The translations under genes were made by a program, and so were the position numbers. Positions 40,352-48,725 of a stretch of 64,000 nucleotides of DNA are shown in pieces. The stretch is from assembly GCA_044222065.1 (NCBI GenBank), contig JBGAOA010000010.1, positions 8,672 through 72,671 on the forward strand, read 5' to 3'. Under the pieces are notes generated by a model, which worked only from the letters and a program-made list of their open reading frames with translations, searched no databases and was not told where the DNA came from. The stretch is from Candidatus Eiseniibacteriota bacterium. GTDB taxonomy: Bacteria > Eisenbacteria > RBG-16-71-46. The first letter of the stretch is position 1, and the number at the start of each line of letters is the position of its first letter.

Positions 40352-42828
40352 GCGCGGCGCGCGCCCGCGTGCAGATCTCCCGTCGGCTGAGAGGGCTCGA
40401 TCTGCGCGCCCGCGCCTCGCTCGTCTTCGTCGGCGGCGCGATCGCGTGCGCCTTCGCCTACTACGTCCTGTTGCTCACGATGTCGGGACGATTCCTGGAC
40501 GACGAACTCGAAAAGCGCAGCCTCGTGCTCGTGAGCGGGTTCGCCGAGGACGCAGCCATGCCCATGCTCGTCGGCGACGCGGAGCAGCTGACCGCGGTGT
40601 GCCGTCGGCTCACCGCCGAGACCGACATCGTGTCGGCCTCGATCTTCGACGCCGAGGGCGTCCTGCGTTGGAGCGCAGACCGCAGCACGCGCACGAATGC
40701 GGGCGCCGGCGAGCGTCGAACGAGCGCCGCAGAGTCGGCGCCCGTGCGAGTGTTCGAAGCGCCGGTCCGGCGCGCGGCCGTGGATCGCGCGCTCGACGGC
40801 CTCGAGGACGGGCTCCCGCGGCCCGGCGGTGACGGCAACGCGAGCACGATCGGCCGGGTGCGCATCGAGGTCTCGACCGCGCGGCAGCAGGCGACGCTGC
40901 GCGGCACGGCCCGCGTCGGGCTGCTGCTGCTCGCGATCGGCCTCGTCATCGGCCTCGGCGGCGCGTGGACGTTCGTGCGCGTGCTCGTGCGGCCGCTGCG
41001 CGAGGCCGGCGATCTCGCCCACGACATCGCGAACGGAAACCTCGACCGCCGCCTCCCCGTGCGTCAGGACGACGAGCTCGGCGCGCTCGCCTCGTCCATG
41101 AACCTGATGGCGCAGACGCTGCAGGAGTCGCTCGCCCGCGAGCGCGCCGAGGCCGAGACGATGCGCCACGTGGCCGAGGCGGTGCTCGACGTGTCGCGCG
41201 GCGCGCGCGCGTCCTACGATCCGCGCAGCGTCTTCAAGGTCGTCGCGGCGCAGATCCGGCGGATCGCGGAATGCCGCTCGCTCGCGCTCGCCGTGCGGGA
41301 CGGCCTCGAGGGGCCGTTCGTCTTCTGCTACTCGGACCCGTCCTCGGCGGAGCCGCTGTTCCGCGACCACTCGATGCTCGCGCCCGACCTCGCCGAGATC
41401 TGCCTGCGCACCGGCGAGCCCTACGAGTTCGACCCGCGCCTGCGCTCGGACGACCTGTCGCGCGCGCTCGCCGAGGACGGTGTCGGGTGGGCGTCGCTCG
41501 TGCCTATGGCGCTCGGCGGCGGCGTCTCCGCGATGCTGCTCGTCACCGCGGGCCGGCAGCGTGCCCCGCGGCGCGAGGAACTGCGCCTCGTCGCGGCGCT
41601 GACGGGACACGTCACGGCCTCCATCCAGTCGCAGCAGCTGCGCGTGCGGCTCGAGAAGGCGTTCGAGGAGCTCCAGGCCACGCGCGACCAGCTGCTTCGC
41701 AGCGAGCGCCTGCGCGCGACGGGCGAACTCGCCTCGGGCGTCGCCCACGACTTCAACAACGTTCTCGGTGCGATCCTCGGGCGCGTTCAGCTCGTGCGCC
41801 GTCAGATGGACCGCGGCGAGCGCGACCTCGCCGGCCTCGGCGAGTCGCTCGGCGTGATCGAGATCGCGGCTCGCGACGGCGCCGAGACCGTGCGGCGACT
41901 CCGTCAGTTCAGCATCGGCGAATCCCCCGCCGCCGGCGGGACCGCCGTGGACCTGCCGTCCGTCGTGCGCGAAGCCGTCGAACTGACGCGGCCGCGCTGG
42001 AAGCACGAGGCCGAGGCCGAAGGCCGCGAGATCTCGGTCGTCACCTCGCTGCGGGACGGCACCTGGGTGACCGGGCGCGCGAACGAACTGCGCGAGGCGC
42101 TCGTGAACCTGATCCTGAACGCGGCGGACGCGATGCCGCAGGGGGGCGTGATTCGCATCGGCGTCACGCCGGCCGACGGTGAGGTGGCGCTCGTCGTCGA
42201 AGACAACGGCACGGGCATGGACGAAGAGACCCGCAAGCGCATGTTCGACCCGTTCTTCACGACCAAGGGCGCGCGCGGCACCGGACTCGGCATGTCCATG
42301 ATCTACGGCATCGTCCAGCGCGCCGGCGGTCGGATCGACGTCCGCAGCGCGCTCGGCATCGGCACCGTCGTGGACGTGTACCTGCGCCGATCCGAACCGC
42401 CGTCCGAGGCCCCGGCCGAGACGCCGATCGAACCCGCGGCGCCGCTCCAGCGTCTGCGCGTGCTGGTCGTGGACGACGAAGACATCGTGCGCGAACTGCT
42501 GCGCGACATCCTCACGGACCTCGGGCACGAGGTCGAGGACCATCCCGGCGCCGAGGAAGCGCTCGCGCAATTCGAAACCGGCGCGTACGACCTCGTGCTG
42601 ACCGACCTCGGCATGCCGGGCGTGAGCGGCTGGGACGTGGCGCGCGTCATCCGCCAGCGCGACCGCCACGTCGTGATCGCGTTCGTCACCGGGTGGGGCG
42701 ACGAAGTGCACCCGAACGCGATGCGCGAGGCCGGCGCGGACCACGTCGTGCCGAAGCCGTTCTCGATCGAAGACCTCGTCGAGGTGCTGCAGCTCGCCGC
42801 CGCGCGCCGACTCGCGCGCGCCGCGTGA
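40348..42828 (+). CDS. Hybrid sensor kinase (2TM-periplasmic-HAMP-GAF-HisKA-HATPase-REC)
   Basis: Two TM helices, HAMP DELGALASSMNLM, AHDFNN, NLILNAADA, FDPFFTTK, GTGLG, REC VLVVDD/TDLGMP/KPF. ATGA overlap. Confidence 0.93.
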   Translation: MSAARARVQISRRLRGLDLRARASLVFVGGAIACAFAYYVLLLTMSGRFLDDELEKRSLVLVSGFAEDAAMPMLVGDAEQLTAVCRRLTAETDIVSASIFDAEGVLRWSADRSTRTNAGAGERRTSAAESAPVRVFEAPVRRAAVDRALDGLEDGLPRPGGDGNASTIGRVRIEVSTARQQATLRGTARVGLLLLAIGLVIGLGGAWTFVRVLVRPLREAGDLAHDIANGNLDRRLPVRQDDELGALASSMNLMAQTLQESLARERAEAETMRHVAEAVLDVSRGARASYDPRSVFKVVAAQIRRIAECRSLALAVRDGLEGPFVFCYSDPSSAEPLFRDHSMLAPDLAEICLRTGEPYEFDPRLRSDDLSRALAEDGVGWASLVPMALGGGVSAMLLVTAGRQRAPRREELRLVAALTGHVTASIQSQQLRVRLEKAFEELQATRDQLLRSERLRATGELASGVAHDFNNVLGAILGRVQLVRRQMDRGERDLAGLGESLGVIEIAARDGAETVRRLRQFSIGESPAAGGTAVDLPSVVREAVELTRPRWKHEAEAEGREISVVTSLRDGTWVTGRANELREALVNLILNAADAMPQGGVIRIGVTPADGEVALVVEDNGTGMDEETRKRMFDPFFTTKGARGTGLGMSMIYGIVQRAGGRIDVRSALGIGTVVDVYLRRSEPPSEAPAETPIEPAAPLQRLRVLVVDDEDIVRELLRDILTDLGHEVEDHPGAEEALAQFETGAYDLVLTDLGMPGVSGWDVARVIRQRDRHVVIAFVTGWGDEVHPNAMREAGADHVVPKPFSIEDLVEVLQLAAARRLARAA

Positions 42829-42841
42829 ACCGCCGCCGCGT

Positions 42842-44617
42842 TCAGCGGCGGCGCTCGGCGACCTCCGCGCGCACGCGCTCGATGAACGCCTCGCGCGTCA
42901 TCACGTCGAGCTGTCCCTCGCCCTTCCGGCGCGGGGACACCGTGCCCGCCTCGGCCTCGCGCGGGCCCACGACGAGCATGTAGGGGATCTTCTCGACCTC
43001 GGCGTCGCGGATCTTCGCGTTCATCTTCTCCTCGCGCACGTCGGCCTCCGCCCGCAGGCCCGAGTCCTTGAGCAGCCGCGCGGTGTCGAGCGCGTAGTCG
43101 AACGCCTTCGGGTTCGCGGGGATCACCTTGACCTGCGTCGGCGCGATCCACACCGGGAACTCGCCTCCCGTGTGCTCGATGAAGATGCCCGCGAAGCGCT
43201 CGAGCGATCCGTAGAGCGCGCGGTGCAGCATGATGCACTCGTGATCCTGTCCGTCGGGCCCCGTGTAGTGGACCCCGAAGCGCTTCGGCAGGTTCAGGTC
43301 CACCTGGATCGTCGGGCACTGCCATTCCCGGCCGAGCGCATCGCGCAGCTTGACGTCGATCTTCGGCGCGTAGAACGCGCCGCCGCCCTCGTCCACCTCG
43401 TAGGGCAGGCCGCGCTTCTCGAGCGCCTGGCGGAGCGCGTCGGTTGCGAACGACCACTCCTCGTCGGTGCCGAGGTACTTCTCCTTCGGCCGCGTCGCGA
43501 GGTAGCAGACGTACTCGTAGCCGAACGTCTTCAGCAGGTAGTCCATCAGGTCGAGGATGCCCTGAACTTCGTCCTGCAGCTGGTCCGGCGTGCAGAAGAT
43601 GTGCGAGTCGTCCTGCGTGAAGCCGCGCACGCGCTCCATCCCGTGCAGCACGCCGGAGCGTTCGTAGCGGTACACCGTGCCGAGTTCGGCGAAGCGCAGC
43701 GGCAGGTCGCGGTACGAACGGCGCCGCGACTTGTAGATCATGATGTGCCCGGGGCAGTTCATGGGCTTCGTGCGGTACGGCATGCCGTCCACGTCCATCG
43801 GCGAGTACATGATGTCGCCGTAGTTCTGCAGGTGCCCCGAGATCTCGAACAGCTTCTCGCTCGCGACGTGCGGCGTGAACACGAACGAGTACCCGCGGCG
43901 GAGGTGCTCTTCCTTCCAGAGCTTCTCCATCTCGTGGCGCACCATGCCGAGCTTCGGGTGCCAGAAGATGAGCCCCGGCCCCACCTCTTCGTGGATCGAG
44001 AACAGGTCCAGCTCGCGTCCGAGCCGGCGATGGTCGCGGCGCAGCGCCTCCTCGACGTTGCGCAGGTGCTGCTCCAGCTCGGCCGCCGACGGGAACGCGG
44101 TGCCGTAGATGCGCTGGAGCATCTCGTTGCGTTCGTTCCCGAGCCAGTACGCGCCGGCGACGTGCGTGAGCTTGAACGCCTTCACCTCGCCGGTGCTCTT
44201 CACGTGCGGCCCGCGGCACAGGTCGAGGAACGGACCATTGCGGTAGGTCGTGACCTTCGCGCCCTCGGGAATGACCGTGAGGAAGTGCAGCTTGTACTTC
44301 TCCCCCGCCTTCTCCCAGTGCGCGCGCGCCGCGTCGCGGGTCGTCTCCTCGTACGCGAACGGCTGATCGGCCGCGACGATCTCGCGCATCTTCGCTTCGA
44401 TCGCCTCGAGGTCCTCGGGCGTGAACGGCTTGTCGCGCGCGAAGTCGTAGTAGAAGCCGTTCTCGACCGGCGGACCGCCGGCGACCTTCACGTCGGGGAA
44501 CAGCTCGGTCACCGCGGTTGCGAGCACGTGCGCCGCGGAGTGGCGCAGCCGGTACAGCGCTTCGCCGCCGGGGTAGTGGGTCACGTCGGGACGGTCGTCA
44601 GCTGTCGCCTGGCTCAT
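42842..44617 (-). CDS. thrS: Threonine-tRNA ligase (short form lacking the N-terminal TGS domain)
   Basis: RHSAAH, DLCRGPH, RDHRRLG, KPMNCPGH, RVRGFTQDD, LHRALYGSLERF. Confidence 0.97.
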   Translation of the reverse strand: MSQATADDRPDVTHYPGGEALYRLRHSAAHVLATAVTELFPDVKVAGGPPVENGFYYDFARDKPFTPEDLEAIEAKMREIVAADQPFAYEETTRDAARAHWEKAGEKYKLHFLTVIPEGAKVTTYRNGPFLDLCRGPHVKSTGEVKAFKLTHVAGAYWLGNERNEMLQRIYGTAFPSAAELEQHLRNVEEALRRDHRRLGRELDLFSIHEEVGPGLIFWHPKLGMVRHEMEKLWKEEHLRRGYSFVFTPHVASEKLFEISGHLQNYGDIMYSPMDVDGMPYRTKPMNCPGHIMIYKSRRRSYRDLPLRFAELGTVYRYERSGVLHGMERVRGFTQDDSHIFCTPDQLQDEVQGILDLMDYLLKTFGYEYVCYLATRPKEKYLGTDEEWSFATDALRQALEKRGLPYEVDEGGGAFYAPKIDVKLRDALGREWQCPTIQVDLNLPKRFGVHYTGPDGQDHECIMLHRALYGSLERFAGIFIEHTGGEFPVWIAPTQVKVIPANPKAFDYALDTARLLKDSGLRAEADVREEKMNAKIRDAEVEKIPYMLVVGPREAEAGTVSPRRKGEGQLDVMTREAFIERVRAEVAERRR

Positions 44618-44722
44618 CGGAGGATCCCGCGGAAAGGAAGAAGGCGGCGCGCCGCAACCGGCGCCGCCGCCTCGGCCCCACGCCGCTCGCACCTCGGGCA
44701 GTCGGGGCGATCGGACGGAAAG

Positions 44723-44798
44723 TGGTGGGCGCTACTGGACTTGAACCAGTGACCCCTTGCTTGTCGAGCAAGTGCTCTACCAGCTGAGCTAAGCGCCC
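44723..44798 (-). tRNA. tRNA-Val(GAC)
   Basis: GGGCGCT acceptor stem, anticodon arm CTTGC-TCGACAA-GCAAG, GGTTCAAGT T-loop, encoded CCA. Confidence 0.95.
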
Positions 44799-44884
44799 GC
44801 GAGGCGCAGCATTTAGCCGTAGGGCGCGTGAGGGTGTCAAGCGGCCGACCTCGACTCGCGCGCCCTTCCCGCATTCTCGGACGG

Positions 44885-44924
44885 AATGAAACCGGGTGCC
44901 GCGAACGTGAGTTCGCGACACCCG
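44885..44924 (-). terminator. Terminator-like hairpin
   Basis: CGGGTGTCGCGAAC-TCAC-GTTCGCGGCACCCG followed by GTTTCATT. Confidence 0.55.
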
Positions 44925-45035
44925 CATCGTCCGGAGTCCCCCTCAGGCCTCCGGCGACGTCTCTCGCTTCCGGTCTTCTTCGTTCCGTCTCTCTCTCGCG
45001 ACTCACGCCCGCCGCCCCGCGGCGAGCGGAGTCGG
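44885..45035 (-). ncRNA. Candidate sigma54-dependent small RNA
   Basis: Begins at the predicted +1 of a sigma54 promoter. Contains a 5' 16-bp hairpin, a 38-nt U-free purine-rich linker, a second hairpin and a 14-bp terminator-like stem. Confidence 0.55.
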
Positions 45036-45045
45036 ACGATCACTG

Positions 45046-45061
45046 TGCAACGCGCGGGCCA
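45046..45061 (-). promoter_or_regulatory. Sigma54 promoter
   Basis: TGGCCC-GCGCG-TTGCA (GG-N10-GC). Confidence 0.65.
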
Positions 45062-45545
45062 ATCGCGGATCGGCCCGACTCGATCGCGCCCGGTCCCCGC
45101 ATCGTGGACGACTCCTCGGACGCCTCGCCGTCTCGCGCGCGTCGAAACGCGAGGAGCCGCGGGTCCGACCCGCGGCTCGCTCGTCGTGGAGTCACGTCGT
45201 GACTCCGGCAGGCACTTGGTGAGGAAGCTGGAGAACTCCCTGTCGTCTTGGGCTTCCTTCCGCCGCGAGGCGGTGGATCCCGTTCACGTCATGCGCCCCC
45301 TTTCGCTCGGGTCGTGGCACGACGCGCACGAGGGCGCGTCCGGGATCAACGTGGCCCACGCGAAGGCGTCGCTGGCGCGAGACGGCGAGCGGCGTCGAGC
45401 GGGATCGCCCACGGAGTGCGCGCGAGCGCGAGTCCGGTGGGGCGTCGGCGGCGCGGCGAAGTCGAGCATGGGCGTCTCACGGTGACGGGGCGGTCCGGGG
45501 CGCGGGCCTGCGAGCCGCGCGGGGGTCGGGATCGATTTCCCGAAT

Positions 45546-45561
45546 CGCAATCGCCGCGCCA
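45546..45561 (-). promoter_or_regulatory. Sigma54 promoter
   Basis: TGGCGC-GGCGA-TTGCG (GG-N10-GC), upstream of a small CxxCH-containing ORF. Confidence 0.55.
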
Positions 45562-45683
45562 CGGGGTGCAGCCGCGGACGTGCACGCAAGTGGCTGCGGC
45601 GGCGTCGCGGCGTGGCGCCAGCGCTGCGGCGAGGGGCAGGATCTTCCGAACGCGCGGCCGGACCTTCCGGACGATCGCGCCGC

Positions 45684-46905
45684 TCAGGCCGCGGGGCGGA
45701 ACTCGAGCACGAGCGCGAGCGCGTCCTCGTGCGGGCGACGCCGGCCCGCGTGCGCCATCGCGGCGTCCACGGCGGCGCGCGCGAGCGACTCGACCGGCGC
45801 CGGACGCGCGGACTCGAGCGCTTCGAGCAGCCGTGCTTCGCCGAGCGGCTCCCCCGCCGCGTCGGGCGCACCCGTCAGGCCGCAGAGGCGATGACGAGCC
45901 GGTCGCCGGGCAACAGTCGCGACTCGGTCTCGGGAAGCGCGGCGTGCTCTTCCCCGTGCGGTTCGCCGCGTCGGTCGGCGATTCGCGTCACGCGCCCGCC
46001 GTCCGCGGGAATCCAGAACGGCGCCGCGACGCCCGTGTTGCACGACGTCGCGCGGCCCCCGCGGCCGAGGTGGGCGATCCAGAACGCGCGCGCGGCGCCG
46101 GGCCGAAGCGCGAGTGCGTGCGCAGGTGCGCGAGCGTCGCGAGCCACGCGAGAGGCCGGTCGGAGCCCTGCGCCCCGCAAGCAGTCCTTCGAGGAACGCG
46201 CAGGGACCGAACGACTCCGCCTTGGAGCCGCGCGTCTCGAGCAGGTAGACGGTGTGGGACCCGTCGAGGTGCGTGAGCTGCCCGCACGTCACGGCGCCGA
46301 ACGCGCGCGCGTCGCGCCGCGCCGCGGCGAGCGCGTAGTGACGGAACTCGGAGCGGCTCGCCGTCGGCCGGGAGCGAGGGCCGCGATGCGGCGCGCGCGC
46401 GTTCCACGGCGCTCGCGAACGCCTCTCCGAGCGCGGGCGCGCGCGGCGCTCGAGCAGGTTCGCGAGCGGCGCGGAGCGTGCGCCGCACCCTCGAGGTCCG
46501 CCTCGCCGAACGCGCTCGCACCGGCGGGGCGCGCGAGGTTCACGAGTCCGAGCGCGCCGTCGGCGCCGAGCACCGGCACGCACAGCGACGACCCCCACGC
46601 TCCGCCGAGACCCTCGAATCGCCCGTCCTCGGCGCGGCCTCGTGCTTCAGGGGCGCGCCGAGCAGCGAATCGGGCAGTCCGAGCACGACGCGCACGTGGA
46701 ACCGGTCGTCCTCGCCGTCGGCGAGCGACAACGAGGCGCGAGGCGCGTTCGCGGCCTCGGCGATGCGCTCGAGCGCGGCGCGCACGAAAGTCTCGTCCCC
46801 GGCCGCGTGGGCGGCGGCGAGGCCGGTCAGATCGGCCTCGAGTCGGGTCCAGTCGATGGAACGGTGCGGTGCGGCGGCAGGCACGGCGGGCGCCCGGTCG
46901 GGCAT
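45684..46905 (-). pseudogene. GAF plus degenerate SpoIIE/PP2C-like protein broken by several frameshifts
   Basis: Fragments in changing frames: RASLSLAD..FHVRVVLGL, SSLCVPV...LGLVNLAR...FGEADL, SCNTG..APF, LLPGDRLVIAS and GLT...GEPLGEARL...EDALALVLEF. Confidence 0.65.
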
Positions 46906-46952
46906 GCGAAGACTCTCCCTGAGGAGTCCGGGTCGAAGTGCCTGCGGCGGAG

Positions 46953-46980
46953 TGATCGGCCGTTCGGGCCCCGCGCTTGA
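46953..46980 (-). promoter_or_regulatory. Sigma28-like promoter
   Basis: TCAAG-N15-GCCGATCA upstream of the GAF-PP2C start at 46905. Confidence 0.5.
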
Positions 46981-47004
46981 GGCTCGAGTCGCCGCGCGCG
47001 CGGG

Positions 47005-48018
47005 CTAGAGGTGGCGGCCGATCGCGCCCGCGATCGTGCGCACCTGGACGACGAGCTCGTCGAACTGCGACGGGTAGAGGGACTGGGCCCCGTCCGAGAG
47101 CGCGTGATCGGGGTCGTGGTGGACCTCGACGATCAGGCCGTCCGCTCCCGCGGCCACACCGGCGCGCGCCATCGCCGCGACCTTGTTGCGGATCCCGGTG
47201 CCGTGCGAGGGGTCCACGATCACCGGCAGGTGCGTGAGCTCCTTCACGACCGGAATCGCGTTCAGGTCGAGCGTATTGCGCGTGTAGGTCTCGAACGTGC
47301 GGATGCCGCGCTCGCACAGGATGACCTGCGAGTTGCCGTGCGAGATCACGTGCTCGGCGCTCATCAGCCACTCTTCGATCGTGTTCGCGAGGCCGCGCTT
47401 GAGCAGCACCGGACGCTCCGCGTGTCCGACCTCGCGCAACAGCGCGAAGTTCTGCATGTTGCGCGCGCCGATCTGCAGCACGTCGGCGTAACGCGCGAGC
47501 AGCGGCACCTGCGCCGTGTCCATGACTTCGCTCACGACCGCGAGCCCGTTCGCGTCCGCCGCGCGGCGCAGGATCTTGAGGCCCTCCTCGCCGAGGCCCT
47601 GGAACGCGTACGGCGAGGTGCGCGGCTTGAACGCGCCGCCGCGCAGGATCGTCGCGCCGGACTTCGCGACCGCCTCGGCGATCGTGAAGGCCTGCGACTC
47701 GCTCTCGACCGAGCACGGACCGGCCATGATCGCGAGCTGCGCGCTGCCGATGCTGCACCGCCCCACCGTGATGATGGTGTCGTGCGGATGGAACGCGCGG
47801 CTCGCGAGCTTGAACGGCGCCGGGATCTTCGTGACCGACTCGATGGACGGGAACTTCTGGATGACCGCCCAGTCCACCAGTCCGGCCTCGCCCATCGCCG
47901 CGAGACGCACCTGACCTCCGTGATCGGTGCGGTGCACGGCGAGCCCGGCCATGCGCAGCCAGGCGATCAGGTCGGCGACCGCCGCTTCGGACAATCCGGC
48001 TTTGAGCAGCACGAGCAT
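47005..48018 (-). CDS. aroF: DAHP synthase, type I-beta, with an N-terminal regulatory domain
   Basis: [58 protein letters not shown]. Confidence 0.95.
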   Translation of the reverse strand: MLVLLKAGLSEAAVADLIAWLRMAGLAVHRTDHGGQVRLAAMGEAGLVDWAVIQKFPSIESVTKIPAPFKLASRAFHPHDTIITVGRCSIGSAQLAIMAGPCSVESESQAFTIAEAVAKSGATILRGGAFKPRTSPYAFQGLGEEGLKILRRAADANGLAVVSEVMDTAQVPLLARYADVLQIGARNMQNFALLREVGHAERPVLLKRGLANTIEEWLMSAEHVISHGNSQVILCERGIRTFETYTRNTLDLNAIPVVKELTHLPVIVDPSHGTGIRNKVAAMARAGVAAGADGLIVEVHHDPDHALSDGAQSLYPSQFDELVVQVRTIAGAIGRHL

Positions 48019-48031
48019 CGGGTCAGGCCCC

Positions 48032-48063
48032 AAACAAAACGCCCACGCCGTCGTGGCATGGGC
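48032..48063 (-). terminator. Attenuator terminator upstream of aroF
   Basis: GCCCATGCC-ACGAC-GGCGTGGGC followed by GTTTTGTTT. Confidence 0.8.
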
Positions 48064-48087
48064 CGGGAGCTTCGAATCGCGACGGGA

Positions 48088-48168
48088 TCAACGCGCGCGA
48101 TCGGGCTCCCGGCGACGCCAGGAAATCCCGAGTCCGCACCACCACGCACGCTGAAGCAAAGTCGTCAC
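48088..48168 (-). CDS. Trp-rich leader peptide (TrpL-like), MTTLLQRAWWCGLGISWRRREPDRAR
   Basis: SD GGAGG 5 nt before GTG. Tandem TGG TGG codons plus a third Trp; overlapping alternative hairpins. Confidence 0.8.
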   Translation of the reverse strand: MTTLLQRAWWCGLGISWRRREPDRAR

Positions 48169-48196
48169 GAGCGCCTCCAAGTCAGGAACGCGCAAG

Positions 48197-48225
48197 AGGC
48201 TAGCACGGCCCGAAAAAACCGCCAA
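48197..48225 (-). promoter_or_regulatory. Sigma70-type promoter of the leader-aroF transcript
   Basis: TTGGCG-N17-TAGCCT with an extended TG. Confidence 0.65.
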
Positions 48226-48236
48226 AGACCCGTGCG

Positions 48237-48725
48237 TCACATGCGGCGGATGATCTCGTAGCGGTGCGGATCCTCCACGAACTTCGCCTTGTTCCCATCG
48301 TTCTCGAAGAAGTAGGGCCCGCCGAGCCAGTAGGCCTCCGGCGAGCGGCTCGAGGGCAGGAAGCGCCGGCCCGAGACCGGATCGCGAAGCGCACCGCACC
48401 ACAGCGTCGGCGACAGCATGAAGCGTCGCAGCGTGCGCTCGTCGGCGAAGCGGTACACCTCGCCGTTCACGCGGAACTGCAGCGCCGCGTCGAGCGAGCC
48501 GATGCGGGTCGGATCCACCGGATCCCAGAGCGCGCGCGACAGGTGGAACAGCGCCCAGTCCGGATCGATCACCGGTCCCAACGGGACCGCGGTGAGCTCT
48601 CAGGTGAAGCGCGTGGACGGCGGACCGGCGAGCGCGTCGAGCGAGCGCTCGTTCGCGCGCGCGGCGCCGGCGAGGATCGCGGCCGCGGCGAGCGCCGCCG
48701 CGGCGACGGCCGCCGCTCGTCTCAC
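48237..48725 (-). CDS. Secreted tandem YHS-like domain protein with an in-frame TGA at codon 42 (possible selenocysteine)
   Basis: GTG overlaps the aroC stop. Ala-rich signal peptide; the same frame continues past TGA 48600-48602 into DPV...NGEVYRFAD...F and DPVSG...YFFE....KF..DP.RY. Confidence 0.65.

Noticed and set aside
45284..45286. Lone TGA in the long minus-strand frame 45871-44837 as a second Sec codon
   Set aside because: The flanking translation is not protein-like, the region is indel-rich, and no convincing SECIS-like hairpin follows.
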